Positions 11,051 to 24,360 of a stretch of 62,995 bases of DNA are shown one piece after another. Every line of letters starts with the position of its first letter. Positions within the stretch are counted from its first letter, which is position 1. Under the pieces are notes generated by a model. That model did no database searches. It had not been told where the DNA came from and saw nothing but the letters and a program-made list of their open reading frames with translations. The DNA comes from Chara braunii. Its lineage: Eukaryota; Plantae; Charophyceae. The position numbers and the translations under genes were made by a program. The DNA lies in NCBI GenBank assembly GCA_003427395.1, contig BFEA01000019.1:1591726-1654720 (forward strand), in the 5' to 3' direction.

Positions 11051-12199
11051 TAAAATAATAAAAATTATTTGTATTTTAAATTTGGTAAAAACATTTTTCG
11101 TTTCAGCTGAGTTTGCGCCCCAAGAGCTCGTCCGCTTTCTCTCGGTCATTACCGTGCCCCCGAACTCTCTTCATAGTGATTATTCTTTAATTATTATCAG
11201 GTGCGGTTCAAAGCCCGCCTTTCCACTTTACAACTATAGGCCGTCCATTCGCTGCACCCGATCAACCAGCCTGTAGGACAGAGTTCGCAGGGCGTTTGAC
11301 TCCTCCTGGATGACCGCTCCCATTCGCACGTGCTCGAAGCGAGCTCACCATTTCCAATTCCGTCCCATCTGCCCACGCTCAGGGCGGCTCTTCTTAGTGA
11401 GCTCGAGTGCAGGAGGTATGGTGGGCGGCGTACACCTGGCGCGCTCCTACCTCCGCTCAGTCCGAATCCCCTTTGTCCCCCCTGGACCGAATGTGTCGTC
11501 AAGCGGCCTTGAATGTGCTCCTCTGTCACGTGCTCCCGAACAACCACGCCCCATACACACTGCGCTGAGGGCTTGGAACGTCTCGCACCCACCCCCTTGA
11601 CTTTCGAAACTCCCGTGCCAGCAACGCATTTCCCTCCTGCGAGTTGTCAGGAACTACGTTGTGCGCGCGTCCCTCCTCACTCTTCCCTGACTAAAGGGTC
11701 ACTCTCCTGTCTGAACCGTCTCCCCCTGCTCGCTCTGCGAGCAAGCTCAGTAGTCAACTGAGCAGGTCGCTTGGTACGCCTTGCACCTATCCCCGCCAAC
11801 TTACCACGACCCACTGAGTGACTGAGCCCCGAGAACATCTTGCCCGCCCACTGGTCAATTGTTCTCCGCCTCCAAACGAGTGTTCTGCACCCAGCCAAGG
11901 GAGCTGGTCGTTGCGCACACCGTGCACACACAAAAAAAAAAGAAGAAAAAAAAGTCCCCCTTTCTTGCTAACTGGTCTGGCTATATGCGGATTGTTGCCC
12001 CTGGTGTGGGCCTCAGAGCCGAGGGTACCTGGGGATCCAGGCCCACAGCTTCGCAACAGCGACGGTACCATGGGAGTCCAGCAACACCAGCAATCAGGGC
12101 CAGCGGTACCAATGATCCAGCTTCAGCACAAGGATTTCCTACCACCGGCCCCAAGGCCACAACCATGATTCAGTGTCACCAGTTACGTGTGGTGCCATT

Positions 12200-13084
12200 C
12201 TATGAAACACCCGCGGACGCGTCCGCGGGGCCGAGCTCGGAGGGCGGACGTATTCACGGCCGCCTCCGCGGCCTACCGGGTCCGGGCCGCGGACCCGATT
12301 TTACCAGATTTTCCCTGAATTAAACAATAGGCCAAAAAGAAAATAAAAAATATGGGGTTGTAGGGAATTTTAAGCCCTACAACCTCATATTTGCTTTTTT
12401 GGAATTCGACTTTGTTTAGGATTAAAAAAAAAATCAAAAACTAAATTCGATTTAAAAAAAATTAAAACAAAAAAAATAAAGAAAAGGTGGAATTTTTTTT
12501 TGTCATTTTTTATCATCAGATATATGGTCCCTGAGTTCACCTGTATTTTTTAGAAATGAATTTCTGTTTTTTGCAAGGGTATGAGGTGTTTTAGAAAAAT
12601 AAAGATGCAAAATTTGAAAATAAATAAACAAAAAACTTCAAAAAAAAGGTTTGATTGATTGATTGATTGTATGTGTGTGTGTGTGTGAGTGTGTGTNNNN
12701 NNNNNNNNNNNNNNNNNNNNNNNNNNNNNNNNNNNNNNNNNNNNNNNNNNNNNNNNNNNNNNNNNNNNNNNNNNNNNNNNNNNNNNNNNNNNNNNNNNNN
12801 NNNNNNNNNNNNNNNNNNNNNNNNNNNNNNNNNNNNNNNNNNNNNNNNNNNNNNNNNNNNNNNNNNNNNNNNNNNNNNNNNNNNNNNNNNNNNNNNNNNN
12901 NNNNNNNNNNNNNNNNNNNNNNNNNNNNNNNNNNNNNNNNNNNNNNNNNNNNNNNNNNNNNNNNNNNNNNNNNNNNNNNNNNNNNNNNNNNNNNNNNNNN
13001 NNNNNNNNNNNNNNNNNNNNNNNNNNNNNNNNNNNNNNNNNNNNNNNNNNNNNNNNNNNNNNNNNNNNNNNNNNNNNNNCCCCC

Positions 13085-13125
<41 letters not shown>

Positions 13126-13406
13126 CCAATCAATCAATGAATCAACGGAAAAAAGAAAGAAAAGAAAAAAAAAAACACGCGTTTTTTTTTTTTCAATTTC
13201 GTTCGATTTCGCCCATACACTCCCAATCAAAAGTTGATCTTTTTCGTTTTTTTTGTGTGTGGGGGGGTGGGGCTTGGGATGTGCCGCCACGTGGCATCTC
13301 CCGAATTTTGAAAGTCACTCCCCTGCGGCCGCCACGTGGCTTCAAAGCCGCGCGGCCGCGGCCGCGGACTTGGCCGCGCTTGTCCGCCGCCGCAGGGGAT
13401 TCATGG
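12200..13406. mobile_element. Non-autonomous hAT-like element (contains an N-gap)
   Basis: 8-bp TSD GTGCCATT (12192-12199, 13407-13414); TIR CTATGAA/TTCATGG; CCGCGG subterminal repeats. Confidence 0.8.
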
Positions 13407-13560
13407 GTGCCATTTGGTTAATCGTCGTAAAAGGCGACTCGCGCGCCGCAACCGTGCAGGACCTGTGGCCATACCCGAACGTCAGCACCAATTCCGCTGC
13501 TACTCGTGTCAGACCGGGTTCTGAAATATCCTTCCCGAACTGCAACATCCTGCACCGATT

Positions 13561-13745
13561 CCATACCAAAGCCGAACCTGGAAATCACCAATCTGGACTG
13601 CAGCAGCTGAGCCTTCACCATACCGGTGCCGGCCTGAAAATTACCAACCTGAACTGCACCAGCTGAGCCTTTACCATACCGGGGTCGGACCTGAAAATTA
13701 CCAACCTGAACCGCACCAGCTGACCCTTTACCGTACCAGTGCCGG
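13561..13745. repeat. ~56-bp minisatellite, about 3.3 units
   Basis: CCATACC...CCTGAAAATTACCAACCTGAACTGCACCAGCTGAGCCTTTA repeated. Confidence 0.9.
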
Positions 13746-14808
13746 GTATGAGGCAATCATCATACATTACCGCCGTCTCTGCCGTTACCAATGTCGAATC
13801 AAAACCAGACTTGAGACATGTCGAATACCATCACCAGAAATATCAAATAATGAGGGTGATTCCATTAAAATTAAATACCAAGGAAACCCGTTTTTCTCCT
13901 CCCTCCTACTGTTTTTAATTCTTTTTCTCATTTTTAATTTTAATAATAAAATTAATAATATCCGAGGCGTCATTTTCGTGCCAATTGTGCAGCGTAAAAA
14001 GGACCGAGCCAAGGCCTACTCTCATATTACCGTCCCGTGACCAGTCGCGTCGGTTTTGGGCCCGGATCCGACGAAAACAATAGGCACTAGGTGCAACAGA
14101 CGCGGCCGTTTCTTTCATCGATTTCAAGCGTCAGTGTCGATACCTGACATGGAGAATATTAGGGGTCTCTTTCCAACCCCTAATTTCTGCCAACGGCTCG
14201 GACGAAAGTCGCGGTCAATCCCTTTTTAGGCAGATAATCTAAAGGTCAATCCTTCGGATTTCGGGTGGCTGACTGACCTTCGGCCGCCCGATACCGGAGC
14301 CGTCGTAATAGAAACGTGTGGATCGGACGGCCCAAGAGGCACCGCGCATGCCATCTGCCTTATGTTGCACGACATCTGCAGCCTTCGGCTCGGGAATAAC
14401 CTGTCCCTTAGCCTTACAGACGAACCCGTCCCTTATTGCACCTATGCCCCTGAATCTTGCCACAGGAGATCTCAATTCCGACCTAGGACTCCACCCCAAA
14501 TTCCGAAAAATCCTTGGCACACCCCTTTTCGCACTTCCGGGCCCCCCATCCCACTCCGATCAGGAAGTCGCACTGGGTGTGAGGTTTCTGGGCGTCACAC
14601 CGTACCAGAGGACGACTAGGCCACAAGTGGAAACATTACCGTTTCCAAAAACAAAAGAAAACGAAAAAAATTGGCAGAGGTACCATGGGACACAGGCTCG
14701 GCAAAGTCGGCGTGCACTGTAATTCAAGGTCGGTAAAAACAGGCTCGGAGGTACTGGTGGTTAAAAAAAAAAAAAAAAGAAAAAGCGGATGACCAGCCCT
14801 AAGTTACA

Positions 14809-15238
14809 GGGTGTCGTTAGACACTCCTCGGGGCATCCTCGGGCTCCGAGGATGAATCCTCGGAAAAGTTTAGGGTTTTTGTAGTCTTCGTTCCACTCAT
14901 CCTCGGAGCAATGTCAGAAAAAAAAAAGGAAAAAAAAAAGAAAAAAAGTTGTGCTTCAGGCTTTCAGCTAATAGGGTGTCGCCATAATCAGAATTCTCCG
15001 TTGTAACGTCTCTCTACGTGCATGCCCTCTCCTCTCCGTGAAACACGGATGCTCGGGCCCCAAAGGACCTCGCGAGGTCCTTTGGAGTCGAGGACGATTT
15101 GGCTGGGAAATCCTCGAAGCCCAAGGATTTGTCCTCGGAGTGTTTTCACATTTTCATTTCCGGTTTCATCTCCGAGGACAGGTGGAACAAAGACGAAATC
15201 CTTGGAATCACGTCCCCGAGGAGTGTCGAACGACGCCC
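14809..15238. mobile_element. PIF/Harbinger-like MITE
   Basis: 25-bp TIR GGGTGTCGTTAGACACTCCTCGGGG/CCCCGAGGAGTGTCGAACGACGCCC; 3-bp TSD ACA. Confidence 0.85.
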
Positions 15239-15559
15239 ACAGTCTGGTATCAAACACGGGACCTTATGTGAATTATGCAAGTGACCTAACCTATTGACCT
15301 ACACTGTGAAATAGTCTGTAGCTGTGCTCTGCTGGGCTCGAGTAAGCCAGACTATGCAAGCCACCCAGCAGTCTCATGACAACCCCGTAGACCAAGAACA
15401 TCAGGATACCCACCATCGCCCAGTCCCCACATACAACAACCATGGACTACCCCTTGGGTGGTGTGCAGGCAGTGTCTGTTATAACTTACCTGCATCATCC
15501 CAAAGGGGTGTGTGTCCTGCCCTGCGTCATTCTAACACCCTGCCGGTGTCCATGCACAA

Positions 15560-15621
15560 GGCTGCGGAGTTTTGAACCCCCAACCTTATACCAGAATGCG
15601 CAATGAGCTAACCCCCCAACC
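15560..15621 (-). mobile_element. tRNA-like SINE head (body probably extends toward ~15260)
   Basis: Minus strand GGTTGGGG..TAGCTCATTG..GGGTTCAAAACTCCGCAGCC: A-box-like, B-box-like and acceptor-like pairing. Confidence 0.45.
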
Positions 15622-15841
15622 AAAAAAAAATAAAAAAAATAAAAAAAGGTCTAAATATACGAAGGGAAGCCCAGTAATGCACCCGGTCCTTGTTTTTTTT
15701 TTCTCTGAAAAGAGAAGAAGGAACAAGAGCAATAACTGGGACATCAACAACAATAGGGATCACGTGCCACATCGATTGCACTCCATACCTCTAAAGATTT
15801 CCTTCAGGAGTTCTTTTGTCTTGAAGCAAACATCTTCTTTA

Positions 15842-15884
15842 GGACCATTTGTCCATTTGTACGAGTCACCTCGTGCAGGGGCCA
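15842..15884 (-). pseudogene. Highly degenerate U6 3' fragment
   Basis: GGACCATTTGTCCATTTGTACGAGTCACCTCGTGCAGGGGCCA aligns to antisense U6 GGACCATTTCTCGATTTATGCGTGTCATCCTTGCGCAGGGGCCA. Confidence 0.65.
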
Positions 15885-16031
15885 AGTCCCACTAGCAGCG
15901 TTGAGCTACCTCAATGCCTGAATCTGGACGTGTTTGTGGAGAGGTGCAGTTCAGGAAACTCGACACCATTTCTACACATCTCCGCTTTTTCCAGATTCAG
16001 GCGTTGAGGTAAGCTCAACGCTGCTAGTGGG
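15879..16031. mobile_element. Fold-back MITE (GGCCAAGTCCCACTAGC family), right tip truncated
   Basis: Long inverted arms; homologous to 58144-58309 and 58951-59165. Confidence 0.85.
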
Positions 16032-16032
16032 G

Positions 16033-16096
16033 AAAAATTTGGACCATTTCTCGGTTTATGTGTGTCATCCTTCCGCAGGGGGTCATGCTAATCTTC
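16033..16096 (-). pseudogene. U6 snRNA 3'-half copy
   Basis: Minus strand GAAGATTAGCATGACCCCCTGCGGAAGGATGACACACATAAACCGAGAAATGGTCCAAATTTTT. Confidence 0.9.
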
Positions 16097-16198
16097 CTTT
16101 CCTCGTCGCCCATTCGGGCCCACCCCCACACCCCTAACGAGCAGAGAAACAATGTAGTGAAGCCCTACGGTCCCCTCTGTTGTAAAAACAAAAACCAA

Positions 16199-16320
16199 CG
16201 GCCTGGCTGCACTATTCTCGACATGCACAAAAGACAAAAATTGTGGTAGTGTATCTTTCCATGTTCTACGTGACGATTCACTTTCGTTTTGCACATGTCG
16301 AGAGTGGTGGAGCGAGGCCC
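16199..16320. mobile_element. Small Harbinger-like MITE
   Basis: ~34-bp imperfect TIRs (...CTCGACATG..CAAAA / TTTTG..CATGTCGAG...GAGGCCC); TSD CAA. Confidence 0.75.
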
Positions 16321-16468
16321 CAAGAAAAGAAAAATAAATAATGCAGCAAAAAAAAGCAGGGGTCCCCTGTATAAGCCTTAGGAGTAGTGGTAGGTAGGTG
16401 GGTAGTGAAGCTGACTTGAAAGAATTTGAAAGATGATGAAAGATTTGAGAGAAGAATATAGCGTAGTT

Positions 16469-16637
16469 TATATATATATCGTCACAAACAGAACTGCCCG
16501 GTAAACCGTAGGCATATATATATATATATCGTCACAAACAGAACTGCCCGGTAAACCGTAGGCAGAGAGAGAGAAGAGGACAACAAACGAGGGGCTGTGA
16601 CAAACTGTTTATATATATCGTCACAAATATATATATA
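16469..16637 (-). repeat. Three truncated copies of the 40-127 element end, separated by (TA)n
   Basis: TATATATCGTCACAAA occurs three times; the longest copy reaches CTGTGACAAACTGTTT. Confidence 0.9.
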
Positions 16638-17060
16638 TTAAATAAAAGAAAGGAAAAAAAGCAAGTGCATCCACCGATAGAAGTTGACAAAATCATCCGT
16701 TGCTATGAATAGTAAGGGACGAATCCAGCCACGTTCTGCGGGAAGATGCACTCCTATCGTTTTTCAATCCGTGAATTGTTTTTGGATTCGTGAGTGGTGT
16801 GGCGAGGCCTTTCCTCTACCTTTTCTTTCCTCTTTCGTATACGGACATACCTTTTCTTTCCTCTTTCGGATACGTACACTTACCGAACACGCGGAGTCAC
16901 TCGACTGCGCGAATTTTTTTTTTTTTTTTTTTTTTTTCTGCGCGAAATTCTACATGTCTGTGGAGCTGATAAACGGTCCCGACACATTCAAAATGTTGGA
17001 CATCCATGCTACACTCCAGAATCCAGATACATGTAGAACGGAGCGAGGCCGATTTTCACA

Positions 17061-17684
<624 letters not shown>

Positions 17685-18482
17685 TGCCCCCCTCCCTCCC
17701 CATTTTGTCGGACATAAACGTGCGGACACATATTACACATTTGCGCAATGCCATGTGCAACCGCACGTTTCCTGTCGTTTTCTTGCGTGGTTTCCCGTCG
17801 TTTCTTCCCGGGTTTTTTTTTTTTTTTTTTTTTTTTTTCAACCTTCAATTTTATTCCAAAACAATTGAAGAGAGGCTGGGGACCTCACAATTCAACCCGG
17901 AGTTATCCCGGCAGCATCAGCCGGTTTAGCTTCAGTTGCACCGCTCGTACTAAAAGCCTTATAAAAAACAACCCAGAAGCCCATTGACTAATTTTCAATC
18001 CAACGGCGCTAATTAACCTACCTAAGCTGTCCACATCTAAGGACACCATAAATAACAAAAGACTAAAACTCTCTACTCCAATCCAAAGCTAAGATCTCTC
18101 GGCTAAAGCAACCTCTAACTAATATATCCTCCTCTTCTAGTACCCCTACCCCCTAGTGTATCTTGACTTCTGTAACATTCAGCACATAGCACAGCGGCCT
18201 AATAGGCGGTTTATAGTACCAACTATATGACAAAGAGACTACTTGCCTGGCAGGTGGCAAACTTCACCTGTGAGGCCGGGCCAGGCTGTTACTACAAAAC
18301 AAAACAAACAAACCATTCTAATCGTCTGAACTAATGCAAAAGCAACTATCAACAGAAACAATTTACGCTTACAACCCAACCCCATTTCTTTTCATACCTT
18401 ATTGCAGCAGCTAACACAGGCAGCACTGCTAGAGTCCCAGAAATACTCAGTGGCCTATCTGCGGCCCATCGGGGAGGACTGA

Positions 18483-21400
18483 TCACTCGCTAGTGCCCTG
18501 GAGGTGCCAATCTGCAATCTTCAGGTCTCCTACCGCCGTAATTACAGCCACGTCCTTAGACTTACCCCACGTCTGGGTAAACCAGAAGCGGTTCTTGCGA
18601 GTCTGGGCTCGATGGTACCAGTCTGCTCGAATCGTCTGCCTAATTGTAGACTTCACCAGGGCCACCTGAGCCTGGAAGGTAAGCGGCTCTTGCGGAAACG
18701 TTGCTTTGTTTCGTGCTTTCCACAGTACTTCCATGATGATACCTCGGCAAGCCAGGGCGACATATGCCCAGCCCTTAGAATAGTCCAGATCAAGGGGGGT
18801 TAAGCCATGAAGGGTCCACTCTTGAGTCCAGCCAAAGTCTGCACCTGCAATCTGTCTCCACCTGTCTTTCCACCAATCCCACAGCTGGAGAGAGAAAGGG
18901 CAATAGAGCCAAATGTGGGACGCGTTCTCCCAACCCCATTTACATCTAGCACACTGTTCTTCTAGGACCATGCCCTTCGCTACCAACCAGGAGGCCGAGG
19001 GGGTGACCAGAAGTGATTGAAGCCAAATTAGGCCAGCTTGTTTCTGCGATACCATAAATTTGAGCCCCCGCCATAGACCGTAGAGATCCAGGTTACCCAA
19101 ACTGAAGCGTGGTTCCTTGTTCAGTCTTTCTGATGCTGTGACCACCGGCTGCTTCTTTACTGTAGCTTGTAGAATCTGGGCGCCTGTTTTAGTCTTATGG
19201 AAGCAGACTGGGAGAAGCAGATCTGCTTTCATCTTGTTTTTCCAACCATACAGGAGGGGTTCCACGTGGAGCGCAGAGGCATCCCCTGCCACCAACAGAG
19301 CTTCTTCCTTCTCACCTTCTTCCTTGAGCCACACTCGACATTCCCGTAGCCCAGTCGTTGAATGTATAGTTTTTTCTCCTTTCCTACTGAGCAACGGGGT
19401 CGATGCAGGCCATCTTGTTGCTTTCTTCTCCCAGACCTGGACTTTAAACCCCTGTGGTAAGTCCGGGCCTATCACCCTCAGGACGCAACTATTCTCTAAC
19501 GGATCCACGAGCCAAGCCCCCTGGCTATGTTGCGCATCCTGAGGCAATTGAGCTAACCAATACTCAGGGATACAACTTTTAAAAAGGTCAAAATTTTGCT
19601 CAATATTCCTCAGACGCAGCAGTCTTTTTTTCAGGTCCCTCAAAGAAAGCCATGCATCAGCCTCAATATCCCATAGGTCCTTGATCTGTACTATTCCCTT
19701 CTCCACCCAGGCTTTCCCAAAGCTAACCGGGCTCCCATCCGCCTTCAGGCAGGAGCCTGTATTAGAGACTATAAAGGGATTCTCAAATATAATCTGATCA
19801 AGAACTTCTCCCCTAGTCTCCGGCGGCCGAAGAGTCTCAGGGAAGAGCTTTTGCCATGCATACAAGATATTTGGCCAAAGCCTAGACTTTGGTTTACGAG
19901 CTGAGAAAGACCGGATGAACAAGCAGGGCCAGACATCTGTAGCTCTAGACAGATCCCACTCCTTAGCTAGTATATATTCACCCAGTCTTACCCAAAGCTT
20001 TGAGCGATTCCCAAAAGTTGCCGTCACCACCCATTTACACAATAAAGCCCAATTTTGTTGTAGGGGGTCCAAGATTCCCAACCCCCCCTGCTCTCGAGGA
20101 AGAGTCACCGTTTCCCAGGCCACCTTCCATATAAACCCTTGTCGCTGTGAGGCTACGGGCTTCCACAGGTAGCGGGCAGCCTCTCTTTTGATACGCTTGT
20201 GTGCACTTTCACCCAGAAGATGGACAGAGAGGGGAAACCAAAGAATTGAGAAGGCTGCTGAAGTAAGAACCAAGGCTCATCCAAACAGAGATAATCTGAA
20301 GTTTCGGCCCCAACCTGCGATCCTGGCTGAAACTTTGTCTGCAAGAATAGAATCTTGAGCTGTCGAGCAGTCAGAGAAAGCCACCTGCACCCCCAAAAAT
20401 CATTCTGAAGAATCAGCAGGGACTTGCTTAAGACCCCCAATCCACACTCAACTCCTTAGTGGGGGGAAGAAAGAAACTTCATTTGTCCCAGTTAATGGAA
20501 GCTTCTGACAAGAGCAATAAGTGTCAATAGTGCTTCTAAGTTCTTGAAGGGCTTCAGGGTTATTCTCACAAGCTACTGTTAAATCATCTGCAATTGCCCC
20601 GCCCTTCCATTCCAAGGCAGGGGTTAGTTTCAAGCCCGCTATAGCAGGATTGTTTCTAATGTTATCCAACAAAGTCTCTAACTGAAGAACAAACAACAGG
20701 GGTGCCAAAGGGCAGCCCTGTCTTAATGAGCGGGTCAACTGGAATTCATCAGAAAGCCAACCATTAACTATTACCACCGAGGAGGCCTGTTCATAAGCTT
20801 GCTTTAACCCAAGTCCTGAAACCGGGGCCAAAACCCAACTTTTGTAGGGTGGTGTGAACAAAGCTCCACCCCACCCGGTCATAGGCCTTTTCCATATCAA
20901 GGAGGAGAATTGCGACATCCCTTTTCTCCTTGCCAATAAGCTACAGGGCCTGTATTGTTGATATAATATTATCAAAGATGGAACGACCTTTCACAAAGGC
21001 CCCTTGCTCCCAGCCAATCAGGTCTGGAAGAAGTATTGCTAGGCGCAGGGCCAGGGTTTTAGCAAACAATTTATATGTGACGTTCAAGACCGAAATCGGT
21101 CTCCAATTTCGCACATCTCTTTTATCTCCTTTTTTGTACATCAGAGAGATCATCCCCTGTGTAAAGCCCTTTGGGAAGGAACCTGTATGGAGGACCTTAC
21201 TATATATATCACAGAGGAAAAGGGCAAAAGCCCCCCATGTGGCCAAGAAAAACTCAATCGGGAGACCGTCCAAGCCAGGGCACTTGCCCTTAGCCATGGC
21301 CTTTGCAGCCCGTAAAATCTCTTGTTCATCCATAGGTCTGTTAAGTTCTCTAGCCGCCGCTTGGGATATAGACTTTTTCGTGCCGTCCCAGAACTGGGAG

Positions 21401-22749
21401 ATCTCTGTCATGTCCAAATAAGGAGGGTCAAAGGGGCGGCGCGTGGTGACAATATCTCTATAGTATTCCAACGCGTAACTACACATCTGAACAGTATCTA
21501 TAGCTATGGGTGCTGTCGAATCAAAAGGGTGAGAGAGTTCTCTAATCAAGGATTTAGACTGCCTTTGGATGAGGGAGCGAAAAGTCATTTTGGTCATCCT
21601 GTCGTAGCCCACAATCCCCCGAAGTTTCAAAAATTTCAGCCATTCTGATTGTTTCTGGATTTCTAGAGCTTCCAACTGAAGCATAGCATCCTTACGGATG
21701 CCCGACCAATGGAAGTCTGAGAAGGAGTCCCTCCCCATTTCAGACTCTGCTTGTGAGATGAGTTTTATCAAGGATTTTTCCTTCCAATTACGTTTTGCTG
21801 CCTTCATCCTTGAAAAGGTCATCAAAGCATGTCTTACTATGGCTATGCTTGTATCCGCCCATAGGGAGAGCTCAGGGAATAGATCTTTAGCAAGCATCCA
21901 CTTAGCCATATGGGTATCGACCCATTCAATAATGCCTGGGTCCTTGAGATGATTGGTATTTAATCTGAAAGGTGGCCGGTGTCTATCAATAGTATCTTTG
22001 GGCAGGACATCCAACAGGACCGGGTGGTGGTCAGAGAGTGAGCCTGAGCCCACCTCACACCACATACTCCGGTCCCAAAGGGCGCCTCTTACCAAGAAGA
22101 AATCCAAACGCTTTCTAGGGGCCAGGGCCGTCGGGGTAGGAGGGGGCCCATACCATGTAAACCCATTTGCCTCCGGATTAAATATCCTGAAAGCATCACT
22201 TAAGTTGAGAGATTCACTTAAGGAAATGAGCATTAGGGAGTCAGTCCTTAAAGGTTTTACCGCTAAGGAATCCAGCCCAACATTCAATATTGTGTTCCAA
22301 TCACCACAGAGGATAAGATTGTCAACGTCTGGCATACAACCTGAAAGATTTGCGAAAAAACTTATTCGTAAAGGATATTCCACTGGGGCGTATACCGTCA
22401 TAACAGCCCACTCCTCTGAGTCAATTGAAAACTTCATGCAGGCCCACCGACCTTCCGCGTCGTTATGTTGATCGATGATAGTAATGTCTAAGTCTTTATT
22501 GATAAGAATTGCAACCCCCCCTTTGGAGCCAGCCGCCGGGGACCAGACCTGTGGCCCATCCCACCATCGCTGAATGGAAGCAATCTTTGCCTGGTTCAAC
22601 TTAGTTTCCTGTAAACAGGCTATCTGCACATTTAATGAATGAATCTTTGCTTTAAATCTTGATTTCTTAAATTTTTTTGCAGTGTCTCCAAAGCCGCGGA
22701 CATTCCAGGTATGTAGTCTGATCCTACTTGGTAGGACCATGACCAGCAC
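18483..22749 (-). pseudogene. LINE A ORF2: APE endonuclease, reverse transcriptase and C-terminal Zn knuckle (frameshifted)
   Basis: TWNVRG, LQETK, VYAP, GDWN, SDHHPV; KCPGLDG, NWRPISVLN, QGCPLAPLLF, IADD; GGLGILDP; CARC..HIWLYC. Confidence 0.95.
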
Positions 22750-24360
22750 CCTTGCCGCGCGGATTTTGGATACGGCCTGTAGTAGGTTTTTTCAAAGGTG
22801 TCCCCCTGCCTATCACAGAGTGGGGCTTACCATCTCGCTCAGAAGGGGTATCCTTCCCGGAGTTAAGCTCAGTGGAGAAACATTCATATGAAAAGCCCTC
22901 AACTGCATCTTTGTGATGCAGCCACTCTGCTACCGCTTGTGCAGACAACCCTTCAGGCAATTTAATGTCCTTCAGGGTGTCTGTGTCTGTGTCCAACAGG
23001 CGTGTAAGAGGGAGCCAGTAAATACCCTGAAGTTTTGTTCCCTCAAATTCATCAAAGCTTGCCCGAAAAGCCAAACAAACAATATGCAAGATTATCTTCT
23101 TTCCTTGTGCATTGACCGCAATATGTCGGCCCCTCTTAGGTTCCGACAACAACACACAGGTGCCCCTGTCCCATAAGACTTGCTTTTTGGTTTTTGCAAG
23201 CCAACGGGCGTCTGAGGGAGGGTCTGTGGTTGGGATTGCAGGGAGAGACAGTACTTCTTCGTTGTCAATTGTGGTCAACATCATTGGTCCATAAGGAGAA
23301 GGGGTAATTACCGGAGGAATCATATATTCCTGTGACCTACCCCCCTGCTTGTCTTCTTTCTGCAGGGTTTTCATAGGGCGTGTGATTTGCAGTAGCTGTC
23401 TTGCTGCAGTGGTTTTTCCCTGCAATAGCCCTTCTTCTTTAGAGCTAGATCGACGGGGCTTAGAGGGAGAGTTGTCCCTCTTGCCCTTGGGAGAGGACTT
23501 CTTACCGGACATCCGCAGCTTCTTATGGGGAGAGGCTTTTTGAGTCCGAGTCAAGACCCCTTCCTCTTGGGTTGAGCCCTCCAAAGCTGCAGGAGTCAGG
23601 CTAAGACTTTGACTGTCGACCGAGCGGAAATCCTCATCCGAATCAGACCTTTCGCCGGCGGGGCTCCAGCCGCTCTGGATTCCTTCATTCTATACAGAGT
23701 TTTGACCCCCAAATTGGAATCCTGGTCGCTTTCTTCTTGTGACGAAGCATACATATCATTCTCAAACTTTCGGTTTAGGGATGGTGAGGGACACTGCCCT
23801 TCCTCCTGAGGACCACTTATTTCGTCGGCAACATCCTCTGAGTCTGATGACGAAAACAAGTGGTCCTGGGAGGGAGGACAGGATCTGTGTTCATGGAGAA
23901 CAATCTCATTCCCTTTCACTACGAAGTCTGAGCTTCGTTCTCCTTCCGAATCCCCGTTTCTATCCTCCCTCTTCCGTTTCTCTCGGCCAGGGAGGGACTT
24001 GTCCTCATCCATTAATTCTACGGGAGTAGGAAAACTTTCCCTTCTTTCTGCATTCCTTGATTGTTCCTGCCTCTCAGATCCCTCTTTCGAGGGAACCTTC
24101 TCGTTCCCATCACTTCTCGTTCCCAACCCTTTTCTTGCTTCTGTCGGGGAATATTCCGTGCTTGTCCCCTTAGCTCCCTCTCTCGCCCGTTCCCTGTCCT
24201 GCCGCTCTTTATCTTTTTCCTTCACCCAGGTCTGATTATTTTCCCCCTCTTTATTCCCTTCATCTTTCTCCTGAGCGCCTCGCTTTTCCTTGTCAACAGC
24301 CATACCCTCCCCCCCTTTGTCCCCCTTCACCTTTTCACCTCCTCTCTCCTTTCCTTCCAC
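22724..24360 (-). pseudogene. LINE A ORF1 C-terminal remnant (low-complexity segment plus globular tail)
   Basis: ORFs 23596-24360 and 22724-23584 lie directly upstream of, and overlap, the ORF2 start. Confidence 0.65.

Noticed and set aside
6274-13421. ORFs containing X runs
   Set aside because: Artefacts of N-gaps.
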